A stretch of DNA of 64,000 bases. Origin: Candidatus Bathyarchaeota archaeon. Its GTDB lineage: Archaea; Thermoproteota; Bathyarchaeia; Bathyarchaeales; Bathycorpusculaceae. This document shows, piece after piece, positions 40,360 to 49,900 of this stretch. The stretch covers positions 352,001-416,000 of the forward strand of contig CAWHDT010000001.1 in assembly GCA_963828195.1 (NCBI GenBank). The letters run 5' to 3'. The notes under the pieces are model-generated. The model saw nothing but the letters and a program-made list of their open reading frames with translations. It was not told where the DNA came from and did not search any database. How positions within the stretch are numbered: the stretch's first letter is position 1; each line of letters begins with the position of its first letter. The translations under genes were made by a program, and so were the position numbers.

Positions 40360-40859
40360 GGTTAACCCCTGATAGCTATTCAGTCAAACTTTTTAACTTT
40401 TGCGCGTAGGTAGTTATTAGATCCGCTAACTAAGAGAATAAATACAATTAATGAGGATGCTGTTTTCCTGTACATCAACCTTTTCTCCTTCTCAAACAAG
40501 CAAATTAAACTACAAGAAATCTGTATTTAATACTTTTCGCCATAGAAAACGATGAATAGGCATTAACTACACGTTCTATCTAGATGTTAGGGCGAATTCA
40601 CGCCTAAAAAACGGCTAAAAGAGAACTGAAAAATCAAGATCCGGCTCTAAAGAAGTACTAAACAGAAGAATTAGAAAAAAACTAACAATAAACTATCATT
40701 TACGTCAGACATAAGCAGAAATGGAAACTACAAAAATAACTAAAAATTTACGTTCCTCCTTCGCGTAAGAGCGTGCCTTATTTTTATGTGTGCCTATTTT
40801 TTTGGGGAAGAACTTTTTGGTTTTGGTTTCTTAAAGAAAGCCGATGTAAGAATGGGGTT

Positions 40860-41090
40860 GGTGGGGGTGGGTGGTTATTTCTCCGGAACCAGCCACTGTT
40901 TTCTCTAGAGTGTCTCAGCTTTCTTATTTTGCCTTTAAAAAGCCTAAATTGCCTTGGGGACCATTCGTTAGCAAGGTGCAGAGGTGCAAGCAGATTTCAT
41001 GGCAAGTTAAGGGTGACCCGCGCCTTGCCAACGTTGATCCGCCAAGGCTACTGAACCAGTGGTGAAGGTAGCTGCCTTATCGACAATCTT
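40860..41090 (-). ncRNA. Candidate structured non-coding RNA of unknown family
   Basis: GC-rich island with nested complementary arms; most non-Watson-Crick positions are G-U on the minus strand (see findings). Boundaries are approximate. Confidence 0.5.
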
Positions 41091-41306
41091 ATATTGGAAG
41101 ACACAGAAAATAAGAGTTGTACCAATATTCTATTTAGAACCTATACACTCGAAAATCAAGAATGGTTGGATTTTGGTTAAAGCCAAACTTGTCTGAAAAG
41201 AGAATTTGCTACAATGTTGGCGTTTATGAAGCCGTAAGTATCCATATATAGATTATGACGTATACGTCTAAAAAGCTCTTTAAAATTGTTTTAGCTGGCA
41301 ATAAGC

Positions 41307-41471
41307 ATGATGTCAATAGATTGCGATGACTGCGGGTTCCTGAAGGATTGTAGCAAGCGCCAGCAGAAAATGGTTAAAGGCAAGAAAACATGCTGCACCC
41401 GAGAAGGCGTTCTTCCAACAGACGATGATTCCGTTTCATCCGCCGACTCTTCTGAAAACATACGGGGATGA
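41307..41471 (+). CDS. Cys-rich microprotein (54 aa)
   Basis: Translated by hand: MMSIDCDDCGFLKDCSKRQQKMVKGKKTCC... Confidence 0.45.
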   Translation: MMSIDCDDCGFLKDCSKRQQKMVKGKKTCCTREGVLPTDDDSVSSADSSENIRG

Positions 41472-41477
41472 AGTGAA

Positions 41478-41612
41478 GTGTACAAAACCATAGTTTTAGA
41501 TTGTCAAGCTAAAGATGTTATTTTTCACTGCGGTGACTGCATCGTTTTTAAGGAATGCACCATCACGAAAAGCACGGAAAGTTTACTGATTCAGAAAAAG
41601 CCGACAAGATAG
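41478..41612 (+). CDS. Cys-rich microprotein (44 aa)
   Basis: Translated by hand: MYKTIVLDCQAKDVIFHCGDCIVFKECTITK... Confidence 0.45.
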   Translation: MYKTIVLDCQAKDVIFHCGDCIVFKECTITKSTESLLIQKKPTR

Positions 41613-41728
41613 AAATCCATAGACGCGTCAAATAATCTTCTCTAGCAAACATTTGTTCTTGCTTAAAAAAATAAAGAATCTATAGAGTTTATTTTCAAAA
41701 GTCTTATTTGGAACTTAACTCATATTGA

Positions 41729-42019
41729 TTGATACTTTACACCGTGATTCCCATGACCCTGACAAAGCTCGAATTGTATGTCGATATTTTAAAAAATTTG
41801 GCCCAAAATGGTTCGCTAAAGATTAGCAATGACGCAAGTGAAACTAACCTCAATAAGGAGAACAAAAAACATTTAGATTTTCTTTTAGCACAAAGTTTAG
41901 TTGAAGAACGAAAAGTAAGCAAACTGCACTTGGTTTATTCGATTACTCCCAGAGGCTTATCAGTACTAAAATATTTTAATGCGTTGAATCAAGAATTTCC
42001 AATAACCGAAGAAACTTAA
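41729..42019 (+). CDS. Small winged-helix transcription regulator
   Basis: KLELYVDILK.L...HLDFLL...LVEE...YSITPRG..VLKYF; probable start ATG near 41753. Confidence 0.8.
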   Translation: MILYTVIPMTLTKLELYVDILKNLAQNGSLKISNDASETNLNKENKKHLDFLLAQSLVEERKVSKLHLVYSITPRGLSVLKYFNALNQEFPITEET

Positions 42020-42149
42020 TCACAGGGAACACTACTTTCAAATTAATGAATAATTGAAGACTTCAATACAATTCTTGAAAGAAGATAAGACGGTTAACTT
42101 CCTCCTAGCTATTCAATGTCAAAACAGCCCTTGACCTTTTTCTTTTATA

Positions 42150-42356
42150 TTACTTGTTAAAGATTAAGCAGCCCTTGGATTCTTCTAAAGAGAACCTGTC
42201 TTTGACGAATGTTTCGATTTGCTCGAAGTTATACTTGCCTTTAATTTGCAATTGGTATCTGTCAGGGCTGTTTTGCTCAATGGAAACTAGCGATGGCTGA
42301 ATTAATTGCTTAGCAGCTAATTCTTTCAATAAGCCAATCGCTTCCGTTCTCCTCAT
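42150..42356 (-). CDS. Small hypothetical protein (paralog of 42573..42842)
   Basis: M.R.EAI..L.E...P..VSI...YQ..IKG shared with its neighbour; GAGG SD. Confidence 0.7.
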   Translation of the reverse strand: MRRTEAIGLLKELAAKQLIQPSLVSIEQNSPDRYQLQIKGKYNFEQIETFVKDRFSLEESKGCLIFNK

Positions 42357-42572
42357 TTGCTTCCTCTCAGTTTGCAGTAAACAGGCAAGGGCTAATAACG
42401 CTTTTCAATGAAGTTGTCTGTGGTTCTATAGAGTTATATAGAATATTTTTCGAAGTTGTCCCCTTCGGTGTGATTTTGTGACCAAACGTTTCATCCATCA
42501 CATTTTTTCTCGGTTTATAATTTGTGGGTTAACACAAAATGTTTTCAAAGGTTACAAAGTAGTTATTTGATT

Positions 42573-42842
42573 TTATGTGACTTGTGTTTGAGTGCACTTA
42601 GAGTTGAGGGTGTAGAAAATTAGGGATTCTTTTTCTTTTCTCATTCCTAGTTTGTATCTTTCTAAAATGTGCTCAATGCATTTTCGAGAGTTGCGGTTTA
42701 TGCTTCCCTTTAATCTGATTTGGTAGCCGTTGGCCGTTTCTATTATCTGTGAGCTGGGATGGTCGATACTTACGCTGTTGGGAAGTGATTTGCAACCATC
42801 GTTAATTTCGAAAAGTACTTTGATAGCTTCGGCCCTATCCAT
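42573..42842 (-). CDS. Small hypothetical protein (paralog of 42150..42356)
   Basis: MDRAEAIKVLFEI...PNSVSI...YQIRLKG; GGTGA SD. Confidence 0.7.
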   Translation of the reverse strand: MDRAEAIKVLFEINDGCKSLPNSVSIDHPSSQIIETANGYQIRLKGSINRNSRKCIEHILERYKLGMRKEKESLIFYTLNSKCTQTQVT

Positions 42843-43022
42843 TCCTTCACCCTGTTATACTTTCAATTTAGGATTTAGCTATATTACTCTACTTTCGGAA
42901 TTGGAATATATCAAAGTTAAGTTGACACTCTGAATGCGTCTTTGAATTAGTTATTTTGGATTTTGTTTACGTTTTCATAAATCTTAAGTCTAAATAAGTC
43001 GCATTAAGTGCCTTGATGGGCA

Positions 43023-43265
43023 ATGACAATCGATCCAAAACTAAACCACAGAATCAGCCTAATTATCCACAGCTTAGGCTTAAGCTGTTTAGGCGGCGCA
43101 ATATTTCTCCAAATCCTTGTTTTCTCAAACATCCTCCTCCAAGGGTACTTCAGAGCAATAGAAGCAAATCCAGTAATCCTCTCAATTGAAATAAGCCTAA
43201 CTGCCTTCACAGCCGTTTACTTCCTCTACCTCTACCAAAGAGTAATTAGAACATCTTTGAAATGA
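43023..43265 (+). CDS. Small 2-TM membrane protein
   Basis: SLGLSCLGGA..LQILVFSNI...GYFRA.E is conserved in a tandem copy. Confidence 0.8.
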   Translation: MTIDPKLNHRISLIIHSLGLSCLGGAIFLQILVFSNILLQGYFRAIEANPVILSIEISLTAFTAVYFLYLYQRVIRTSLK

Positions 43266-43483
43266 TTCTCGACGTCGAGGGCTTTGATTTAGGTCCTGAA
43301 TTAGAAAATTATTTAAGGCAACTCTTTCGGGTATTCACAATCTATAAATACCATGGTACACAATAGTATACTGAAAGTCAGCCATAACAAACGGTTACGT
43401 TATACAATCGCTGACAAAGAACCGTAACTGCTATCCCATTTTGGGATAATTTTTAGAAATCTTTTAAACAAGTTGTTTTAACG

Positions 43484-43804
43484 ATGGCTGATTTTGTCTT
43501 CTCTTTTTTGTTCACGGAAAATCCGCACTCTGATAGGAGGTCAAGCAGAACCACGACAATCAGACCAAAACTCAACCACCATAAAATCAATCTAATAATT
43601 AATAGTCTAGGCCTTAGTTGTTTGGGAGGTGCCCTCTACCTACAAATTCTAGTGTTTTCCAACATTTTTGCGAAAGGATATTTCAGAGCGGTAGAACCAA
43701 ACTCCAGCATCCTTACGCTTGAATTGGTACTGACCGCTTTTTCCGCACTTTACTTCCCCTACGTATATCAAAAGGTTATTCGTGTTTTGGAAAATGAGCG
43801 ATAA
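43484..43804 (+). CDS. Small 2-TM membrane protein, tandem duplicate (start uncertain)
   Basis: Homology to 43023..43265 begins at ACG 43553. Confidence 0.7.
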   Translation: MADFVFSFLFTENPHSDRRSSRTTTIRPKLNHHKINLIINSLGLSCLGGALYLQILVFSNIFAKGYFRAVEPNSSILTLELVLTAFSALYFPYVYQKVIRVLENER

Positions 43805-43921
43805 ATCCTCTCCTTCCTGAGGTTTGTTTTGGGTGTTATCAGCGAATTGAAAATGGCCCTTGTTATTAACGGAAAGGTTATTACTTTTAGAGTATTGAAA
43901 GCTACTCGGAGAGAACGAAAA

Positions 43922-44683
43922 GTGCCAATGGCGTTTGTTATTGGAACAGCCGGTTCAGGGAAATCCTTGTTCACGGCAGCCTTCAGTGAATGGCTAAAAA
44001 TGTCAAAACAAGATGTTGCAGTAGTCAATTTGGATCCCGGAGCATTGAAACTTCCCTATTCGCCAGATGTTGATGTCCGCAACTACGTGGACGTCGGCGA
44101 TATTATGGAAAAGTATGGTTTAGGACCCAACGGCGCTTTGATTATGGCTGCAGATTTAATTGCTGATGAAATCGAAAATTTAAGCCGCGACATCGAAGAA
44201 GCTCACGCTGACATCGTTTTGGTCGATACTCCAGGGCAGATGGAGCTGTTTGCTTTCAGAGCGAGCGGGCCATACATAGTTGACGAGTTGACAAAAGAGC
44301 CTAAAGCATTAATTTACCTCTTCGACGCCGTGTTCTCAGCTAATCCCATGAACTATGTTTCAAATATGTTTCTTTCAGCCGCAGTTTACAACCGTTTCTT
44401 CCAGTCGCAGCTTCATGTTCTCTCAAAAATCGATCTGCTACCGAAAAAAGATGTTCAGGCTATTGCGACTTGGTCAGCTAACACTAGAGCGTTGGAAGAT
44501 GCGATTGAAGAGAAACTTGAAGGCACAAAACGGCTTTTCAGCCGCAACATGATGCAAGCTATCAACAGGCTTGGCTTACAATTTTTGTTGATGCCTCTTT
44601 CCTCCAAAACAAACGAAGGCATGACTAACATAAACACGACGCTTGAACGAATTTTAAATGAAGGCGAAAAATACACAACTTAA
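43922..44683 (+). CDS. GPN-loop GTPase
   Basis: GTAGSGKS, NLDPG, LGPNG, DTPGQME. Confidence 0.93.
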   Translation: MPMAFVIGTAGSGKSLFTAAFSEWLKMSKQDVAVVNLDPGALKLPYSPDVDVRNYVDVGDIMEKYGLGPNGALIMAADLIADEIENLSRDIEEAHADIVLVDTPGQMELFAFRASGPYIVDELTKEPKALIYLFDAVFSANPMNYVSNMFLSAAVYNRFFQSQLHVLSKIDLLPKKDVQAIATWSANTRALEDAIEEKLEGTKRLFSRNMMQAINRLGLQFLLMPLSSKTNEGMTNINTTLERILNEGEKYTT

Positions 44684-44685
44684 AC

Positions 44686-45312
44686 TTAGGCGCTGACCAG
44701 GGACCAGCTTGCTGCGAAGGCTCCCCGCTTAGCCCTCAAAGCCGAATCGGCACCTGCAATAATGATGGCGTCATTGTTCTCCGGCGTTAACTCCTTGAGA
44801 ATTTGGTTCGCTGCCTTCGGATAATCCTTCTCAACAGAGTCACTGACTGATTCAATGCGTAAATGGTCATCTTTAAAAACGATAATTAAGGCTTTTCGTG
44901 CGCCAGCAATGATAGCTGCATCCCTCTGATCAATTCCTGACCGCACCTTTTGACCACTATTTTTCACCAAAAACGCAAAATTGAATTCAGATTCCAGCAA
45001 TTCAGTTTTTGGAATCTCAACGCGTTTAGGAAAAACCTTTTCAAATTGACCCCACACTTCCAAGCCTTTTTCGGTTAAACTGCAGCCTTCTTTCGAGGTT
45101 TCAATTAAATCAGCCTCTTTGAGTCTGCTTATTATTGTGCGCACAGCTCCATCGCCGACGCTGAGTTTCTTGGCTAGTTTATTTCTTCCCAGAGGCTTCT
45201 GCGCCATAAGCTCTAAAGCGTAGAAAATGTGGAATACGGTGAAGGTGGTTGAGGGTCCTGGAGCTTTTTTTCCAGCAATTTCCATTATAAACTTTTTTAG
45301 CGACACAGCCAT
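44686..45312 (-). CDS. Winged-helix protein, DUF4443-like archaeal family
   Basis: GR..LAKKL..G.G.VRT...RL; G..QRDAAI.AGA. Confidence 0.75.
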   Translation of the reverse strand: MAVSLKKFIMEIAGKKAPGPSTTFTVFHIFYALELMAQKPLGRNKLAKKLSVGDGAVRTIISRLKEADLIETSKEGCSLTEKGLEVWGQFEKVFPKRVEIPKTELLESEFNFAFLVKNSGQKVRSGIDQRDAAIIAGARKALIIVFKDDHLRIESVSDSVEKDYPKAANQILKELTPENNDAIIIAGADSALRAKRGAFAASWSLVSA

Positions 45313-45375
45313 ATTTTGCCCTAAGCTAACTAAGCGTAGGTTGGGTTTTTATAATTTGCCAAAAAAATATGCAGG

Positions 45376-45753
45376 TTAATCTTTGTATGCAACAACTGAG
45401 ACCTCAACTAGAGCATCTGCTTTTAATTCTGCGCCAAATGTGGCGCGAGCGGGAAATTCGCTCTCGAAGTACTTCGCGTATTCCCTGTTGAATTCGTCGA
45501 ACAGAGCCATCGATGAAAGATACACGTTTGATAGAACGACATCTTTTAGGCTGTAGCCTGCCGCTTCCAAAATGGCTCGAATGTTCTCGATAACCTGTTT
45601 TATTTGAAGCGCTATACTTTTGGCAATGATTTTGTCTTCTTTTGGATCAATGGCCAGTTGTCCAGAAACAAAGAGGAATTTGCCTGCTTTTACCGCTTGA
45701 CTGTATGGTCCTATCGGTTTAGGTGCTTTCTCGCTAAATACAGGTGTCTTCAT
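45376..45753 (-). CDS. ridA: RidA-family enamine/imine deaminase
   Basis: APKPIGPYSQA, LFVSGQ, FPARA, VEVSVVA. Confidence 0.92.
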   Translation of the reverse strand: MKTPVFSEKAPKPIGPYSQAVKAGKFLFVSGQLAIDPKEDKIIAKSIALQIKQVIENIRAILEAAGYSLKDVVLSNVYLSSMALFDEFNREYAKYFESEFPARATFGAELKADALVEVSVVAYKD

Positions 45754-45913
45754 GTAAATTCATCTTCGTGTCAGTGTTGTTTGAGGTTAAAATCTTTTTT
45801 GCAACTTGATTTCTGTCCTGTGATATTTCTATCGGAATATTTTTAACAGAAAACCTTTTAAGAAAAACGCAAAGTTACTTAAGTTCCTAATACAATTGAA
45901 CGGAAAGATTTCC

Positions 45914-47092
45914 ATGAAAAAAACCGGAAAATATTTGTTCACCTCTGAGTCAGTTGGAGAAGGTCACCCAGATAAGGTGGCTGACCAAATATCCGATAGC
46001 GTTTTAGACGCAATTTTCTGCAATGACCCAAAAGCGCACGTGGACTGCGAAACGCTTGTGATGCAGGGAACCGTGATGATTACGGGTCAAATAACCACAT
46101 GCACCTACGTTGATATCCCAAAAGTTGTTCGCCAAACCCTGAAAGAAATTGGGTTCGACAATGCTAAGGATGGCTTAGACTGGGAAACCTGCGGCATATT
46201 GACTTCTATAACTGCGCAGTCTCCAGACATCGCTATGGGGGTGAAGGAATTTGAAGGTCACGAGCAGGGGGCGGGTGACCAGGGAATGGTTTTTGGCTAC
46301 GCATCCAATGAGACAAAAGAACTGATGCCTCTGCCGATTATGCTGGCGCATAAACTTGTTAAACGTTTAGCTGAATGCAGAAAAACAAAGATTATGCCGT
46401 ATCTGCGTCCAGACTGCAAATCTCAGGTTACAGTGGAATATGACGGTTGCAAAACTAAATGTGTTAAAGCTGTTGTTATTGCGGCTCAAAACAACGGTTC
46501 AGTTGATGATGCAACTTTAAAGAAAGATATTGTTGAAAAAGTAATTAAGAACGTTATACCAGCCGACATGATAGCTGAAGACATAAAATACGTTATCAAC
46601 GGAACAGGCAGATTCGTAATTGGCGGAACACTCGCAGATTCAGGATTAACTGGCAGAAAAATCATTGTTGACACATACGGCGGAGTTGGAAGCCACGGCG
46701 GTGGCTGCTTCAGCGGCAAAGATCCCTCAAAAGTTGACCGTTCAGGCTGCTACATGGCAAGGTACATCGCCAAAAACATTGTCGCCGCAGGCTTAGCAGA
46801 CCAATGTGAAATCCAAATCTCCTACGCCATCGGCGTTGCGCAACCGATCTCGGTACTGGTTAACACTTATGAAACCGGAAAACTCTCTGATGACCAAATT
46901 CTCGAGTTAGTAAAGAAGCATTTCGACATGAGGCCAAAAGCAATCATCGACCAACTGAACCTGCTAAGACCAATATACAAGAAAACAGCAGTGTTCGGGC
47001 ACTTTGGAAGAGAAGAACCAGAATTCACCTGGGAAAAAACCGACAAAGCAGAAGTGCTTCGCAAAGAACTAGCAAAAGCCAAAAAAGCATAA
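45914..47092 (+). CDS. metK: S-adenosylmethionine synthetase, bacterial/eukaryotic type
   Basis: [54 protein letters not shown]. Confidence 0.97.
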   Translation: MKKTGKYLFTSESVGEGHPDKVADQISDSVLDAIFCNDPKAHVDCETLVMQGTVMITGQITTCTYVDIPKVVRQTLKEIGFDNAKDGLDWETCGILTSITAQSPDIAMGVKEFEGHEQGAGDQGMVFGYASNETKELMPLPIMLAHKLVKRLAECRKTKIMPYLRPDCKSQVTVEYDGCKTKCVKAVVIAAQNNGSVDDATLKKDIVEKVIKNVIPADMIAEDIKYVINGTGRFVIGGTLADSGLTGRKIIVDTYGGVGSHGGGCFSGKDPSKVDRSGCYMARYIAKNIVAAGLADQCEIQISYAIGVAQPISVLVNTYETGKLSDDQILELVKKHFDMRPKAIIDQLNLLRPIYKKTAVFGHFGREEPEFTWEKTDKAEVLRKELAKAKKA

Positions 47093-47352
47093 ATCTCCCA
47101 TCTTAACTTTTCTTTTTTGAACTCTTTTTTGGTTACAAATTATCTACGACTTCTGTTACAATTTATTGTTCTTCTTGGCAATATTTTTTTAAAAGAAGAA
47201 GAAGCTGGTGGAAAGTATTTTTCTTCTTCTTCTCTGGTCTGTTGCTTTTTGTCACCGGTTTTTGGCACAAATAGTAGGCCTCTCTGCAGGTAGACCGTTT
47301 CTGGTTTCCGCTTTTTGTTACCGAAGCGGCAACGCAAATAGTGTACTCTTGG

Positions 47353-48174
47353 TCACTGCGATTCGAATCTCGATTTTCCGCCGTTCTTTTCAACCAAGCT
47401 TGAAAGCTGCTTCATTGCTTCTTCGAGCCTTTGCATCGGCTTTTCTTCGGCTTTGACTGCGATCGTTAAGTGAATTTCGATATGTGGCTTATTTTCTACA
47501 TTTACTGGATGAGACTTTATGTAGACTCCCTTATTGGCAATCATGACTTTGTCGATTAACGGCGCCAAATTCGATTCCATCATGCCTTCAAGAAACATGC
47601 TTTTTTCACAAAAAACCCTGTTGCCCACAGCTTGTTTAAGTATAGGCGCTATGGTTTCTGAAAAAATCGCTTCCATCTCTGAAGGCACGCCGGGCAAGGC
47701 GAACAGAACAGTTCCTTCCAAATCTACGCGTACACCAGGTGCAGTGCCGATTGGATTATTCACGGGTTCTGTCTTTTCAGGCAAGGTTGCCATTTTGACT
47801 CTGGGCGCCGTTAATTCAATAGTTGTTGAGAGCTGCCTTTTTCTCGCGTATTCTTCGCATTTTTCCTTAACAACTGTCAACACCCTAGGGTTGATCTCCA
47901 ATTTGCGGTCTAACGCTTTGGCTAAGCCCTGCAAGGTTTTATCGTCAAAAGTCGGTCCTAACCCGCCTGTACTAATTATGAACTGTGGCTTTCGCTCGAC
48001 GGCTTCGCAGACGACATGGGCGATTTCATCAACAATATCTAGTGCTACAGTCATTCGCTTAACGTAAGCTCCGAGATTTGTTACTTGCTTACCAAGCCAA
48101 AACCCATTCGTGTTAAGTGTCTTCCCTATCAGTAACTCGTTGCCTACACAGATTATTTCTACGTCTACGGTCAC
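47353..48174 (-). CDS. CinA-like N-terminal (molybdopterin-binding fold) protein
   Basis: VGNELLIG...NTN, TGGLGPTFDD.T, GTAPG, LPGVPSEM. Confidence 0.88.
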   Translation of the reverse strand: MTVDVEIICVGNELLIGKTLNTNGFWLGKQVTNLGAYVKRMTVALDIVDEIAHVVCEAVERKPQFIISTGGLGPTFDDKTLQGLAKALDRKLEINPRVLTVVKEKCEEYARKRQLSTTIELTAPRVKMATLPEKTEPVNNPIGTAPGVRVDLEGTVLFALPGVPSEMEAIFSETIAPILKQAVGNRVFCEKSMFLEGMMESNLAPLIDKVMIANKGVYIKSHPVNVENKPHIEIHLTIAVKAEEKPMQRLEEAMKQLSSLVEKNGGKSRFESQ

Positions 48175-48428
48175 AGCGCTTCACATCTTAGTTTTTATAG
48201 ATTAGATTAGTTGTTTTCTTTTATACAGTTTGCTCGATTACCGTAAATTATGTGGTGGCTTGGCAGGTTAGCGGTTAAAAATCAAAAACTTATCGCCCTG
48301 CGTGAATCATTATCCGCACCTCAAAATTGTGGAGATGTGCAATTTTACGTATAACGTTTTAACCATTAAAATTTGAAATCTAAGATGGTCAAAGCTAACA
48401 AAGGTCGTTGCTTTTTTTAATCTGCACT

Positions 48429-48635
48429 TTATTTCTTGCTAAGATACCATTTGAGGTAGTCTTTTCTGCGGTTTTCTTTTTCTTCTTCTGCCGTTTCTTC
48501 GTTTGGCCTGTTCTTATCTCGCAAATCATTGAGTTCCTGCTGTGTCATTTGTAACCCGCAGCTTTTGCAGATGTAGCGTTTGGTGCCGATTTCGTAATGG
48601 CATTCTCCGCCGCATTCAGGACAGTATATCGTCAT
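48429..48635 (-). CDS. Small zinc-ribbon protein
   Basis: CPECGG...CKSCG. Confidence 0.8.
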   Translation of the reverse strand: MTIYCPECGGECHYEIGTKRYICKSCGLQMTQQELNDLRDKNRPNEETAEEEKENRRKDYLKWYLSKK

Positions 48636-48732
48636 ATTTTTCTCTCAGGGAATTTTGTATTAAATCGGTTTTGCACAGATATTAGTCTTCGCATAGGTTT
48701 AGGTATTTTTAACCAAAAAATTGTTGAGGTTT

Positions 48733-49797
48733 TTAGACGTGCGTGTACATTTTGTCGCTGCTGTATTTTCCCGTGTCCATTTCCTGCTCAATCTCCCGTA
48801 AAAGCAAAATGCGTTTAAACGTTGGCGGGTGAGTGGAAAATAAACCGTTTATTTGGTGCCACGTACTTTTGGATTCCTTCTCCATCGCCAACTCCAATTC
48901 ACGCTCATCCAAAACCCCGTCGTGGTCTAAATCGTACTCATCTTTCTTCTCCATGACTTCTTTAACTTCCTGTTTCGCGGTTGCAGGGTCGGCGATGTAG
49001 AATGCTCTGGCTCCTTCCGGCGGCTTAGGCGAAATGGATAAGCCGTAAGTTATTTTTGCCAAGGCACTTTCCAGCTCTCTGGGCGAACCTGTCACGTAAG
49101 CAGAGAACGAATCAGCAAAATGTTCGCGAAGACGACTAAGCCTCATGACAATTAAGAACGTTAATATATAAATCACAAAAGAGATTACGCCAATCAGGAT
49201 CAATATTACTCCAGAATTACTGTTGTTTTTTCCTCCTCTTCCTCCTCCTGAGCTTCCTCCGCCGCTAAACGCGCCCGATATCAAAGCTACCTCGGCAATT
49301 ATGTATGCGATTAACGGCAACGCGGAAAGAACAGTCATCACAATATAGTCCTTATGTTTAATGTGGCCTAACTCGTGAGCTATCACGCCTCTGATTTCGT
49401 CTTCTTTCAAAGTCTTCAACAGCCCTTCATGCACGGCTAAGGTGGCGCTGCTTTGGGATCTGCCAAATGTAAACGCGTTAGGCGTGCTGTTCGGAACTAT
49501 AGCTAACTTAGGCATTGGCAAACCAGCCTTATCTGCTAGTTCTTTAACGGTTTTTTCAAGCCACGGGTTCTCGCCGGGCTTCAGATAACGCAGCTTTGTC
49601 GATGCTTTAACCATAACTGGACCTATCGCGTACTCAAACAGTATGAAGAGCCCCGTTCCGATTACAGCAACAAGTAACCCTGCAAAAACGGGCAACTGCA
49701 AAAAGAAAACAATTACGAACACAAGAAGACCAAATATGAATGCAGCTAAGAAAATCGAAGTTGCCATTGCCAACTTTAATTGTGCCAGGCTAGCCAT
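48733..49797 (-). CDS. htpX: M48 zinc metalloprotease HtpX
   Basis: PNAF, HELGH, SRLREHFAD, FSTHP. Confidence 0.92.
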   Translation of the reverse strand: MASLAQLKLAMATSIFLAAFIFGLLVFVIVFFLQLPVFAGLLVAVIGTGLFILFEYAIGPVMVKASTKLRYLKPGENPWLEKTVKELADKAGLPMPKLAIVPNSTPNAFTFGRSQSSATLAVHEGLLKTLKEDEIRGVIAHELGHIKHKDYIVMTVLSALPLIAYIIAEVALISGAFSGGGSSGGGRGGKNNSNSGVILILIGVISFVIYILTFLIVMRLSRLREHFADSFSAYVTGSPRELESALAKITYGLSISPKPPEGARAFYIADPATAKQEVKEVMEKKDEYDLDHDGVLDERELELAMEKESKSTWHQINGLFSTHPPTFKRILLLREIEQEMDTGKYSSDKMYTHV

Positions 49798-49900
49798 CGT
49801 TAAGTCCCCTCGTTATCGCCCACAAATACAAAATTAGAGAATTAAGCCTTTCCCAAAAAATACCGTAAATCTCAGAAATTCTTAAAAATAAAAAGAAAGT

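Noticed and set aside
40773-41065. ORFs 40773..41054 and 40871..41065 as proteins
   Set aside because: No recognisable motifs, and the base-pairing pattern is better explained by a minus-strand RNA.
41469-41471. In-frame TGA as selenocysteine
   Set aside because: It is not at a Cys-equivalent motif position and I saw no SECIS-like hairpin.
36750-43280. CGACGTCGAGG occurring after two genes (~36751 and ~43270)
   Set aside because: Only two short copies and no further shared context.
47140-47456. Short overlapping ORFs between metK and the cinA-like gene
   Set aside because: Low-complexity convergent terminator region with no coding signature.
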